DNA of 64,000 nt from Bdellovibrionales bacterium (GTDB lineage Bacteria > Bdellovibrionota > Bdellovibrionia > Bdellovibrionales > UBA1609). Of this stretch, positions 1-8,546 are shown piece by piece. The notes under the pieces are model-generated. The model was not told where the DNA came from, made no database searches, and was given only the letters and a program-made list of their open reading frames with translations. A program made the position numbers and the translations under genes. The stretch is from positions 130,187 through 194,186 of the forward strand of contig JBGSNU010000025.1 of assembly GCA_041739415.1 (NCBI GenBank). Direction: 5' to 3'. Every line of letters begins with the position of its first letter. Positions within the stretch are counted from its first letter, which is position 1.

Positions 1-884
1 GAAAGGTTTGCTAAAGTGGTGTACTGGTTGATCGCACTATCTGACATCTGGTACAGGCGGCTGCCCGGGCGCTCAGACTTTTGTAAACCGATCAGAGCAA
101 CAAAGCTCGTCATGGAAGGCGTAACATTCGCGCACATAACGCCTAACTTTTTCATCTCTTCGCGAGGATCCTCGAGCATAAGAGCCGTCACCTGGTTGTA
201 GATCGCCGGTGTGACCTTACCACTTTGGTAGTCTTTGATAAATTTGCGGGTCAATTCCAGGTCGGGTTGATTTAACAACAGTCGAATCCAATCGTCTACG
301 GTGTTGTCCTCCGCGCCGTTGATGCCGGCAGCCGCCACTTGCGTTTGCACAGTCCCTGAGGCACCAAAACTTGGACTTGGCTCCTGGGCTTCATCGTTGT
401 CGCTGGGGTTAGTCTCAGGTGTTTGTGAGTCTTCCATTTTCGCAACGGTTTTCTTTTTTCGTCGGTACTTTTTGCCAGTCACCGGATCTGTGAAATATTC
501 GTATTCATCATCCTCAGTCTTTTTTGCGAGGGACTTTTTCTTCCTTTTCTTCTGGTTCATACCCTCGCCACCCTTAGCTTTTGGGTTGAACTCAGTTGTG
601 TGCTCTTGATTGGCCTCGACAAATTTCTGTAGATTTTTTGCTAAGTCGGGGTTGAATTTCGTCGCTTTGATGGGCTGAGAGAATTTGGCCGACTGAGTGA
701 TAGCCAGCTTGGGTTCAACCGGCCCTGCACTATAGGGCGCAGTGAAGGCTGACAGGATCGACCCCGCACTTTGGTTCATGGCTCTTTGCAGAGACGGTGA
801 GGAGTTGTTTTTGATGGTTTCAAACAGCACTCCCACCATTAAGATGAGCGCGAGGATGCCAATTTTCCAGTCGAAATTAAACAT
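1..884 (-). CDS. hypothetical membrane-anchored protein, partial (C-terminus runs off the left edge)
   Basis: Absent from the ORF track because it has no stop inside the window. My reverse-strand translation from ATG 884-882 reads MFNFDWKIGILALILMVGVLFE... (N-terminal TM helix, then a Lys/Glu-rich linker). It stayed open in the roughly 280 nt I checked codon by codon (about 600-884); the rest was read less carefully. The + strand ORFs 16-201, 301-609 and 742-954 are antisense to it. Confidence 0.6.
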   Translation of the reverse strand, partial: MFNFDWKIGILALILMVGVLFETIKNNSSPSLQRAMNQSAGSILSAFTAPYSAGPVEPKLAITQSAKFSQPIKATKFNPDLAKNLQKFVEANQEHTTEFNPKAKGGEGMNQKKRKKKSLAKKTEDDEYEYFTDPVTGKKYRRKKKTVAKMEDSQTPETNPSDNDEAQEPSPSFGASGTVQTQVAAAGINGAEDNTVDDWIRLLLNQPDLELTRKFIKDYQSGKVTPAIYNQVTALMLEDPREEMKKLGVMCANVTPSMTSFVALIGLQKSERPGSRLYQMSDSAINQYTTLANL

Positions 885-1084
885 AGGCGTGTACTCCTAC
901 CTGAGTGTAAGGCAGCATTTGTGCCCAACCGCCACATCACCATTAACCTATTGAAATAACATGGGTATTTGACAGATTGGCGAGGGGCTTTGCCTGGGCG
1001 AGACTGTCGCAGCTTTAGACAGGTAGACAAGTCGTTAAATAAAACCTATTATTTTTAGGTAGTTAGACGACATCAAGGGATTAA

Positions 1085-1981
1085 ATGATGAGTGCCGCAG
1101 ATGGGACAAATTTATTGGCTGCAGCTAAGTTAGGGAAGTTCCAAGACTTTGCGAAGTTGCTCACATGGTTAGAGCGCAGCCCAGCTGAAGAGATTTTGCA
1201 GGTCGGTGAACTTTACGGCCCGAGGCGCGCCGCCTTTCGCCTAGGCATTACGGGCCCACCCGGAGCCGGAAAATCCACCTTGGTGGCAGCGCTTATTGAA
1301 AGCTACAGCCAGCTGGGGTTGCGCGTGGGCGTGATGGCGGTGGACCCCTCAAGCCCTTTCAGTCAGGGCGCGGTATTGGGCGATCGGATTCGCTACAAAG
1401 AACATTGGCTCAAATCAAATGTATTTATACGATCTCTTGGCACACGTGGAAGCCTTGGAGGGCTTAGTGGGGCAGCCTATTTTATGGCACGCGCCTTTGA
1501 TGTGTGTAGCTTTGATGTGCTGCTACTAGAGACGGTGGGTGTGGGCCAAACCGAGCTGGATGTTTTGCATGTGGCGGATCAAGTGTGTGTGGTGCTGGTG
1601 CCAGAGAGCGGCGACTCGATCCAAGCGATGAAGGCTGGGCTAATGGAAATCGCTAACGTGTTTGTAGTAAATAAGGGCGATAGACCTGGGGCAGATGCGT
1701 TGAAGCGCGAGATTGAGGCTTCGATTCACGATGCGTCGGCCCCCGAAGCGATTGAAGTCTTTAAATGCGTGGCAACGGATGCCGCGGGAGTGCCCGAGCT
1801 GATGCAGCATCTCGAGATCTTGAGAGGGCAATCTGCGAGTCTTGCCAACCGCACGGACCCAGTCCGATTGCGCTTCGAAGCGCGCGCCTATTTGCGCCGA
1901 CAGTGGGAGATGTCGCTCGATACGCGGTTGGCTGGTGTGCAGACGCCAGCGGATGTGCGACGTCTGCTCCTTAACGTTTAG
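1085..1981 (+). CDS. meaB: MeaB/ArgK-type G3E GTPase (methylmalonyl-CoA mutase-associated chaperone family)
   Basis: P-loop GPPGAGKST, ETVGVGQ switch motif and NKGD base-specificity motif. Length is 298 aa. Confidence 0.85.
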   Translation: MMSAADGTNLLAAAKLGKFQDFAKLLTWLERSPAEEILQVGELYGPRRAAFRLGITGPPGAGKSTLVAALIESYSQLGLRVGVMAVDPSSPFSQGAVLGDRIRYKEHWLKSNVFIRSLGTRGSLGGLSGAAYFMARAFDVCSFDVLLLETVGVGQTELDVLHVADQVCVVLVPESGDSIQAMKAGLMEIANVFVVNKGDRPGADALKREIEASIHDASAPEAIEVFKCVATDAAGVPELMQHLEILRGQSASLANRTDPVRLRFEARAYLRRQWEMSLDTRLAGVQTPADVRRLLLNV

Positions 1982-2651
1982 CGCGAATCACATACACCGT
2001 GCGACCCGTATGATCTTTAATGTGCATGGTTTGACCTGCATGAATGGTCAGGTGTCGCGCGCCCTCAGTCGAGTCATAGTGATGGTCGGGACGTGAGTGG
2101 TGGCCGCCTCCACCTGCGTGTGAAGGGCGATCGACTTGTGCACCAGGAGCTTCTCTGAGATCGATGACCAGGCCGTCGAGTCCGGCACCAAAGCCGCTTT
2201 CACCGTTCAGAGCGACATTGATGGTCAGGTTGCTTCGAGCCAAGCGCAGAGCGACGGTGGCGCCAACACCTTTAATGATGGCCACTGAGCCTTTGATGCC
2301 GGCGTAGCTCCCAAGCAATGAGCGGGGACCTGTGCTGAGACCCAAGCCTGTAGCTCCACCGGAGAGGTTGAACCCTGACACCTTTAAGCCAACGGATGGA
2401 CCGCGACCCTCGACGCGGACGGGGATCCGCTCCGTCGCTCCTGTCAGAAGATCGTAGCAGCGAATTTCACCCTGGCCTGAAATCCGCGTGAAGCCGATGC
2501 CTATCGCAACAGATTGACCCTTGGCTTGAAAGCTGAGGTTGCAATTGTAAATGAGCGACGACACACGCTCCTCCCGGGCGGAGGCTGATGCGGGAATAAG
2601 AAAAGTTGTGCTGATCAAGGGCAAAAGGATGCGTAGGCTCCAAGATTTCAT
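1971..2651 (-). CDS. secreted hypothetical protein with Gly/His-rich C-terminal tail
   Basis: N-terminal signal peptide (LLPLISTTFLIPASASA), Gly-rich beta-like core and a GGGGHHSRPDHHYD tail. Its 3' end overlaps the meaB stop by 11 nt, convergently. Confidence 0.55.
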   Translation of the reverse strand: MKSWSLRILLPLISTTFLIPASASAREERVSSLIYNCNLSFQAKGQSVAIGIGFTRISGQGEIRCYDLLTGATERIPVRVEGRGPSVGLKVSGFNLSGGATGLGLSTGPRSLLGSYAGIKGSVAIIKGVGATVALRLARSNLTINVALNGESGFGAGLDGLVIDLREAPGAQVDRPSHAGGGGHHSRPDHHYDSTEGARHLTIHAGQTMHIKDHTGRTVYVIRAKR

Positions 2652-2734
2652 AGGCTCACTCCACGGTTAATGCGTTGCACAATTATGCTGGCTGATAACG
2701 CATTGCAAGGTATTTTTGCAAATGATCTGGTCTC

Positions 2735-4984
2735 TTGGCCCCGTTTAACTGCCGACTGAATCTGCTAAGCTTAAAAAAACACGAGGTTTTTTTAATTTTT
2801 CGAGCGAGTAAAGTTCACTCCATTCAATTGGCTATTTTGTTCATGGTGGCCGGGTGCTGTGGGCTGCGGGCCTATGCTCAGCCCAAGGCCTCCGTCGCCT
2901 TGACTCTCAGTGGAGGAGTGTCGCTCGGCAGTTACCAGGCGGGGTACCTATACTATCTGACCGAGTTTTTAAAGCAGAATCCAGACACGCTTGAATTGAA
3001 GGTGCTGACGGGCGCCTCTGCGGGTGGACTAAATTCGTTTATCTCGATTTTGTCAGAGTGCTCTCGGCCAGTTCAAGACCCACAAGAGAGTTTATTTTGG
3101 CAGGTGTGGATCCCGTTGAGCATTGTGGACTTGGCCAGTGAGTCTCAGCCAAGGGCAGAGCCGACCTCGCTGTTCTCACGGCGGGCGTTTCGGACGGGTT
3201 TAGCGGAGATCGAGCGGCTGTGGGCCAAAGGTTTACCGCAGTCGTGTGATCGCCTGTTAGGCATCACGGTCGCACGCCTAAACCCAAGCGAGGAACCCTA
3301 CTTTACCGGGCTGACTCGGCAAGTGGAAAAGTTCACCCTTCGCGTGCGGGGCCGCGGCTTGGAGCGTCCTCCTCAGCTCGAAAACGTCAGGCTCCCCAGT
3401 CAAGGGGTGGGTCAGCCATTGCTGGCCTTAACCGGTGATGCAACGGATGACTTTGCCCGACTGAAAGATTTGCTCTATGCCGCGACGGCGTTGCCCCTAG
3501 CGTTTCCCTCCCAGCCGATTCCCCATTGTATGACCAATCCGGAGCTGCCTCGATGGAGTGGAGCGGATGCCGCTCATTGTGCGAGCGAAGAAATTCGACA
3601 CGATGAATTTATCGACGGCGGGATTTTAGACAACAAGCCCTTGGCTCTCGCTCACAGACTGACGCAAAAGTTAGGCGCCGCAAGTGCCACGCTATTTTTA
3701 TATTTTGATTTGAATTTACAAGGCTATCCCACCGAAGCGTATCCAGCAGCGACCAAAGAAAATCCACGCTTGCTCAGTCAGCTTGGCCAGACGATCGGCA
3801 ACACCCTGGGTGCGGCCCGTCGGCAGGAGTTGTTTCGCCTGATGGAAGAAGCGCCAGAACTTAAACGACAGATCTTGCCAACGTCCAATGACTATCCTCG
3901 AGCGGGCGAGGCCTTCTTTGGATTCTTTGGATTTTTTGACCGGCAGCTTCGTGAATTCGATTTTTACTTGGGCATGTACGAGGCCCGAGTTTTTATCGAG
4001 CGGCAACTGATGACTCGGGTTCGGGTGGATGAGCTCCCGCTCGACCCGCATTTGCGCTTTCCAGAAATCAATCAGCAAGGTGATGGTTGGGCTCCGTTTT
4101 ACTGCCTGCAGTCGCATCTGCAAAAATTGCCGACGTTAAGGGCGGCCTGTGCGCATCCCGCGTCTTTCGGGATAGAGGTGTTGCTGCAAACCTCGATGGA
4201 TCGTTTGCGGGCCCACTGTGAACGGGCGGGGCCAAAAGCGTCTAAATTTATCAGCTGTCGTCTGACAGACTCAGCGCAGATCTCAACTGAAATTTTACCA
4301 AAGGCTCAATTGAGTGAACGGAGTTTTGTTGCAGGCGAATCTGACCTGCGCCACAACCTGCGACTGCTGACCAACAACGGCTTTAAGTTTAAGGACTTGG
4401 GCCTCGATCAAGCCGGGAGTGCGGAGCAAATTTTAGTACGCCTAAAAACTCATTCAAGCCGGCTGTTGGATAGGGTGGTGAAACGTCAGCCCGCGGGCGA
4501 TCGATTGCTGCTCGGGTTAGTGCAGCAACCCCTGATCGACTTGTATGAATATGTGCCGACGGAACACTTTGGCTACTTTGTTTTGGGCAACAGTCTCGAG
4601 GTGGGCGGGAGTGTGATTGATCCCGATATCAAAAGCTTACCCGTTTGGCTGCGCCTCACTTACGGCCTGCAAGTGAAGGGCGTTGAGACGCTTCTCTCCT
4701 CTGGTCCGACGGAGCTGGCGGTTTCGCCTTTGCTGGGGCCAGAGGTTGAATGGTTAAGTCAAAGGTCTCGATTTATGCAACCGCGCCTAGCCCTGCGTTT
4801 TGGACATCAGTGGAGTCTTAGTTCCGATGATCATGCCAATGATAATGCCGATATTCACTCATCCGATTGGCTAGTCCAATTGACAGGTTCACTCACCTTA
4901 TTTGAACGCTTGCGAACTCAAGTGAGTTTTGAGCGTCAGGCTGATTCTTGGAATGTGCTGTTAGGCCTGGGACTGCAGTTTTAA
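2735..4984 (+). CDS. patatin-like phospholipase with long C-terminal beta-rich domain
   Basis: Patatin motifs are SGGVSLGSYQAG (oxyanion region), GASAGG (GxSxG nucleophile) and DGGILDN (catalytic Asp). A signal-like hydrophobic segment LAILFMVAGCCGLRAYA is present. The C-terminus ends in GLGLQF. The start codon is uncertain: TTG at 2735 is the longest ORF, and ATG at 2843 would remove the signal segment. Confidence 0.8.
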   Translation: MAPFNCRLNLLSLKKHEVFLIFRASKVHSIQLAILFMVAGCCGLRAYAQPKASVALTLSGGVSLGSYQAGYLYYLTEFLKQNPDTLELKVLTGASAGGLNSFISILSECSRPVQDPQESLFWQVWIPLSIVDLASESQPRAEPTSLFSRRAFRTGLAEIERLWAKGLPQSCDRLLGITVARLNPSEEPYFTGLTRQVEKFTLRVRGRGLERPPQLENVRLPSQGVGQPLLALTGDATDDFARLKDLLYAATALPLAFPSQPIPHCMTNPELPRWSGADAAHCASEEIRHDEFIDGGILDNKPLALAHRLTQKLGAASATLFLYFDLNLQGYPTEAYPAATKENPRLLSQLGQTIGNTLGAARRQELFRLMEEAPELKRQILPTSNDYPRAGEAFFGFFGFFDRQLREFDFYLGMYEARVFIERQLMTRVRVDELPLDPHLRFPEINQQGDGWAPFYCLQSHLQKLPTLRAACAHPASFGIEVLLQTSMDRLRAHCERAGPKASKFISCRLTDSAQISTEILPKAQLSERSFVAGESDLRHNLRLLTNNGFKFKDLGLDQAGSAEQILVRLKTHSSRLLDRVVKRQPAGDRLLLGLVQQPLIDLYEYVPTEHFGYFVLGNSLEVGGSVIDPDIKSLPVWLRLTYGLQVKGVETLLSSGPTELAVSPLLGPEVEWLSQRSRFMQPRLALRFGHQWSLSSDDHANDNADIHSSDWLVQLTGSLTLFERLRTQVSFERQADSWNVLLGLGLQF

Positions 4985-5027
4985 CTCAGTGGATATCTGT
5001 CTAAAAATCAGTGCCTGACGAAATTTT

Positions 5028-5297
5028 TTACGAAGCTTTCTTTAAGAGAAACTCTAAAAGAGCTTCTCTTATTAGCTTTTGGTATTTCGTATTCTCCTCT
5101 TTCGCCAGCTTTTTATAGCGACTTAAAAGGTCAGCATTCATTCTTAAAGTAATCGTTTTGTCTTTTGGTGCGAACTGGAACAACTCGCTAAATTGCTTCC
5201 ACTTCGTCGGATCGTCAAAAACGAAAGACATATCTCGATCCAAAGGGTCTTGGATTTCACTCTTTCTTTTTTTGGCTTGCGTCTTTTGCTTTTTCAT
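5028..5297 (-). CDS. brnA: BrnA-type antitoxin (ribbon-helix-helix)
   Basis: The C-terminal TITLRMNADLLSRYKKLAKEENTKYQKLIREALLEFL fits the BrnA/CopG pattern. It lies directly downstream of the BrnT-like gene. The start may instead be ATG at 5231 (MSFVFDD), which would avoid the 41-nt overlap. Confidence 0.7.
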   Translation of the reverse strand: MKKQKTQAKKRKSEIQDPLDRDMSFVFDDPTKWKQFSELFQFAPKDKTITLRMNADLLSRYKKLAKEENTKYQKLIREALLEFLLKKAS

Positions 5298-5586
5298 AAG
5301 CTTCTAACCTCTTTATTTCTTTTGCTTTGGCATATCTCGCACTAATTACCCGAAACTTTAAATTTTTGTCTTTCACCCGTAGTGTGAAAACGACGAATAA
5401 AAATCGGTCTTCAAAATAACCAAAAGCAATGTATCTCGGATCTTGGTCTGAATGAGTATCGTCTTTCATTAGGGTCGGCTTGCTCAGAAGAAAGTCTTCT
5501 ATCTGTGCCAGAGTTAGCCCGTGTTTTAGGCACTTTTCGCTGTTGATCGCCCAGCCCCTCCGGGGGCGGGCGTCCCCCATCCCCAA
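5257..5586 (-). CDS. brnT: BrnT-type toxin (DUF497 ribonuclease family)
   Basis: KCLKHGLTLAQIEDF... then FVVFTLR...FRVISARYAKAKEIK matches the BrnT pattern (KHGVsFeEa ... iRIISARkAtkkE). Confidence 0.75.
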   Translation of the reverse strand: MGMGDARPRRGWAINSEKCLKHGLTLAQIEDFLLSKPTLMKDDTHSDQDPRYIAFGYFEDRFLFVVFTLRVKDKNLKFRVISARYAKAKEIKRLEAYEKAKDASQKKKE

Positions 5587-5729
5587 ATGTAAATTGTGGT
5601 AGAGAGCGTAGAGGATCGACGATGTACTATAGAACGAACCATAGCGAGTGATCTGAGGTGCGGAGGCCAGGTTCGTTTTAACTCAATCTGGTCTTTGCTT
5701 GCCGGCCCAGGCCGCCGATGACTTTTCAT

Positions 5730-6419
5730 ATGAAACCTAACTCAATACTTTTTGTTTTACCGTTTTTGCTTATATCAAGTCAGGCTTTCGCACAGCTATC
5801 CGGTGCACCACGCATCCCCACCTCTGGCTTTGCTGGGCTACAGGGCAGTGTGGGCGTTGGATTTGTGGATTACAACATTCAATCCCCCCGGGCCGATCTA
5901 AAGATAGATCGAGGCATGATGTTGCATGGTTCGATTGAGCGGGGCTTCAACGTGCTTCACCTCTATCTGACCTTGGGCTTAAGTCACACGACGGCCGAGG
6001 GTGTGTCAAATTACAGCTACACGAATTTGTCTAGCAGCACGACCTTCTCTGCCACCGACGTGAAGTTCAAATCCTCAATCACGGACTTGAGCCTGGGAAT
6101 AAAACTCAAACTCATCGATAACTACTGGTTCCGACCTTACGTCGAGGGCGGCGGGCTGGGTGGTTACCATCAAATCAACTACACGTCGAAAACTGCCGAC
6201 TTGGCCGCACAAGGTTTAGATTACAAGACGAAAGACGTCGTTATGGGGACTGGATATTACGGCGAGGGCGGGATTGAGGCGATGTTCTCAGAGAAGTTTG
6301 GCGTGAAACTCGCTGCTCGACAGTCGGTCTACCAAACTAAAAAAATGGAAACTTTTGGAGATAAGCCTCTGCGGTTTACCACAGAGACCTATTATTTTTC
6401 AGCACTCTTTGGCTTCTAA
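5730..6419 (+). CDS. outer-membrane beta-barrel protein (OmpA-beta/OmpW-like porin family)
   Basis: Signal peptide MKPNSILFVLPFLLISSQAFA, alternating beta-strand pattern with Gly/Tyr-rich turns, and a C-terminal aromatic signature ALFGF. Start is taken at the internal ATG 5730; the track ORF starts at 5718. Confidence 0.6.
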   Translation: MKPNSILFVLPFLLISSQAFAQLSGAPRIPTSGFAGLQGSVGVGFVDYNIQSPRADLKIDRGMMLHGSIERGFNVLHLYLTLGLSHTTAEGVSNYSYTNLSSSTTFSATDVKFKSSITDLSLGIKLKLIDNYWFRPYVEGGGLGGYHQINYTSKTADLAAQGLDYKTKDVVMGTGYYGEGGIEAMFSEKFGVKLAARQSVYQTKKMETFGDKPLRFTTETYYFSALFGF

Positions 6420-6429
6420 GCTATTAGCT

Positions 6430-6786
6430 CTAGTTGTCTGAACCATCCGGCTTTCTCTCACAACGAAATGCGATATCCCACAACGGGCAACGTTGATCGC
6501 TCGTGCTTACGGTTAAGGCTTGGCGGACGACAGTCTCTCGTCCAACAAACGCCCGGCACACAGCCATTTGATCGATGCGTCGGGGAAAGTGAGCCGTGTT
6601 GAATTTGTAAGTGGCGCCATATTTAACGGCATCATGATTGACGATCGTGTTGCGCAACTCTTGGCAGGTGAGTGAACGCCATTCTCGTTTTGTGCAGTTG
6701 AAACCGTTCTTACAAGGATTTGCAGCCATTGCTGAACCAGCAGCAAGGAGCATTGAAAGTGTCGCAAAGATTTTTAGGATTTTCAT
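6430..6786 (-). CDS. small secreted Cys-rich hypothetical protein
   Basis: Signal peptide MKILKIFATLSMLLAAGSAMA from internal ATG 6786, with several Cys in the mature part. Convergent with the porin gene. Confidence 0.45.
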   Translation of the reverse strand: MKILKIFATLSMLLAAGSAMAANPCKNGFNCTKREWRSLTCQELRNTIVNHDAVKYGATYKFNTAHFPRRIDQMAVCRAFVGRETVVRQALTVSTSDQRCPLWDIAFRCERKPDGSDN

Positions 6787-6979
6787 AGGTGCCTCCACCA
6801 GGTTGATGTGTATTAGAGATATACCTCCGTGGACACGCACTTGCCTTGCACAAATGACTTTTGACTCGGGTCGATGCTCGCACGTATGGGAATTCCCATT
6901 CTGAGACGTCTCAGTTCATTCGCGACACGTTGCATAAAAATTGCTCTGAGCTGGATCTAGGACCTGATAGCCTGGAGTC

Positions 6980-7303
6980 ATGATCCAGTCGGCGACTGAA
7001 ATTGTTCGCATTCCCTCAACTGAGCCCGAGCGCCTAGAGCGTGAGTGGGACGGCGTTGGTGAGTCGGCGGCGACTTCCGACCTCACCGATGATCAGAGTC
7101 AGGATGCCCTCCGGCGCTTTGCCCGGTTTATTCACAAAGAAGTTCCCAAGGCGAAGACTGAGTCTCAGCCGTTGGTTCTGGTGCCGTCTGTAGGCTCCGG
7201 GTCACCTTCCCGAATCCCTCAGGGCCTCGCCGCGTATCGCTTTCAACTGGAGCAGGCCCTGACTGAGTCTCACATCGGCTCGATGCTCAATACATCAGTC
7301 TAA
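6980..7303 (+). CDS. hypothetical acidic protein (weakly supported)
   Basis: ORF only. The GGAG lies only 2 nt from the ATG, which is poor spacing. No recognisable motif. Confidence 0.25.
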   Translation: MIQSATEIVRIPSTEPERLEREWDGVGESAATSDLTDDQSQDALRRFARFIHKEVPKAKTESQPLVLVPSVGSGSPSRIPQGLAAYRFQLEQALTESHIGSMLNTSV

Positions 7304-7335
7304 ACATTTACTTAACGCATAATATAAAAAATAGC

Positions 7336-7362
7336 TAAAGTAATAACGCGCAGCGACGATAA
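7336..7362 (+). promoter_or_regulatory. sigma28 (FliA)-type promoter upstream of flagellin 1
   Basis: TAAA (7336-7339), 15-nt spacer, GACGATAA (7355-7362). This compares with consensus TAAA-N15-GCCGATAA, giving 7 of 8 in the -10 element. Confidence 0.6.
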
Positions 7363-7480
7363 GCTTGGTGACTGCTGAAGTGACTTAGGTTTAAAGGCGT
7401 ATCTGTGGGCGCCATCAACCTCAATCGGAATCCGTGGACGTGGGAGTCTAGGGAGACCGTTATGGGGAGGGGAGGCTCAC

Positions 7481-8314
7481 GTGGCGTTTCGTATCTCGTC
7501 GAATTCTACGGCCTTGTCGGCTGGTCGGTTCTTGGAAAGAGCCCAGCGACAGGTCGATAAATCACTCCAATCACTAGCCTCCGGCTCTCGCATCGTGCGA
7601 GCGGGGGATGATGCCGCGGGCTTCGCTATATCTGAGAGCCTCCGCGGGCAAATTGCAGGAACTAAACAAGCGAAATTTAATACAGAATCAGCTGTGGGGC
7701 TGGTGCAAACGGCAGAGGGCGGGCTGAACGAGCAGAACAATATTCTGGTGCGGCTGCGTGAGTTGGGCGTGCAAGCCGCATCAGATACGATCGGTGATCA
7801 AGAGCGCGAGTACCTCAATCAAGAGTTCGTCGGACTCGTTGAGGAATTTGATCGGATCGCCAAGACCACGCGCTACGGGGCAAAGGAGCTGCTGACGGGC
7901 TCGGGGCAAGAGTATGAGTTTCAGGTTGGAGCGTTTAAGGGGCCAGAGAATGTCATTAGTTTCACTTTAGATGCGAACACCACCAGCAGTGATGTCGGTG
8001 TGGATGGACTTGAAATCACCTCGAAGAGTGAGGCGCGCGACTCTTTGGCCTCCATCGATGAAGCCATTGCTCATGTCTCTGGCACTCGAGCCACCTTTGG
8101 GGCGATGCAAAGCCGCCTGCAGCACGCCTCTGACGCACTCTCTGTTCAAGGCGAAAACTTGACCATCGCTCGAAGCCACATTGTGGATGTGGATGCGGCA
8201 GAAGAGGTTTCGAAATTGGCGCAGGCGCAAATTCAGCAGCAAGCCGGCGCGTCTGTAATAGGACAGGCCAACGTTTCTGCAGCCAAGGCTCTTCGACTTC
8301 TCGATCCTTACTAG
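7481..8314 (+). CDS. fliC: flagellin (short, D0/D1-only type), paralog 1
   Basis: Flagellin N-domain LASGSRIVRAGDDAAGFAISESLRGQI and C-domain ATFGAMQSRLQHA...AGASVIGQANVSAAKALRLL. GTG start is preceded by GGAGGGGAGG. Confidence 0.9.
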   Translation: MAFRISSNSTALSAGRFLERAQRQVDKSLQSLASGSRIVRAGDDAAGFAISESLRGQIAGTKQAKFNTESAVGLVQTAEGGLNEQNNILVRLRELGVQAASDTIGDQEREYLNQEFVGLVEEFDRIAKTTRYGAKELLTGSGQEYEFQVGAFKGPENVISFTLDANTTSSDVGVDGLEITSKSEARDSLASIDEAIAHVSGTRATFGAMQSRLQHASDALSVQGENLTIARSHIVDVDAAEEVSKLAQAQIQQQAGASVIGQANVSAAKALRLLDPY

Positions 8315-8327
8315 ACTTAACGCACTA

Positions 8328-8370
8328 CGCTAGATCGCCATTTGGGGTCTAGCGCAAAAAAAAATTTTTC
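8328..8370 (+). terminator. hairpin after flagellin 1 (possible terminator)
   Basis: CGCTAGA (8328-8334) pairs with TCTAGCG (8348-8354), followed by CAAAAAAAAATTTTT. The U-tract is not directly adjacent to the stem. Confidence 0.35.
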
Positions 8371-8419
8371 CTCATCCCCGCCTAATTCCGCCTACTAGAC
8401 GCGCCGCGCACAGCCGCGA

Positions 8420-8453
8420 CCTAGACCAAAGGCTAAAGCTTCCTAGACCAAAG
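8420..8453. repeat. 12-nt direct repeat CCTAGACCAAAG x2 bracketing a sigma28 -35 element
   Basis: Exact copies at 8420-8431 and 8442-8453, offset by 22 nt. The TAAA at 8434-8437 lies between them. Confidence 0.8.
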
Positions 8454-8460
8454 CCGAGAA
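8434..8460 (+). promoter_or_regulatory. sigma28-type promoter in the gap upstream of flagellin 2
   Basis: TAAA (8434-8437), 15-nt spacer, GCCGAGAA (8453-8460), which is 7 of 8 to GCCGATAA. It lies about 250 nt upstream of the fliC start. Confidence 0.55.
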
Positions 8461-8546
8461 GTTCTATGAACACGTTGGAGCTTCTTTAAGCAAAAGTTCA
8501 CTTCAGCAGTCACTGGAACTGAACTTCACTTCAAGATCATCCAGAT

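Noticed and set aside
301-609. Listed + strand ORF of 102 aa (also 16-201 and 742-954).
   Set aside because: The translation is low-complexity (FFFRRYF, FFFLFFWF). The region is fully covered by a much longer open frame on the minus strand with a plausible TM helix and start codon, so these are antisense artefacts.
955-1084. Cobalamin riboswitch upstream of meaB.
   Set aside because: I could not find a B12-box-like element or the expected conserved helices, and the region is short and AT-rich.
5587-5717. tRNA-like or att sequence next to the BrnTA insert (GGCCAGGTTCGTTTT).
   Set aside because: No complementary T-stem or acceptor strand is present, and the resemblance is limited to GGTTCG.
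6980-7303. FlgM anti-sigma-28 factor, suggested by its position just upstream of a sigma28-dependent flagellin.
   Set aside because: The C-terminal third does not show the FlgM sigma28-binding helix pattern, and RBS spacing is poor. It is kept only as a low-confidence hypothetical ORF.
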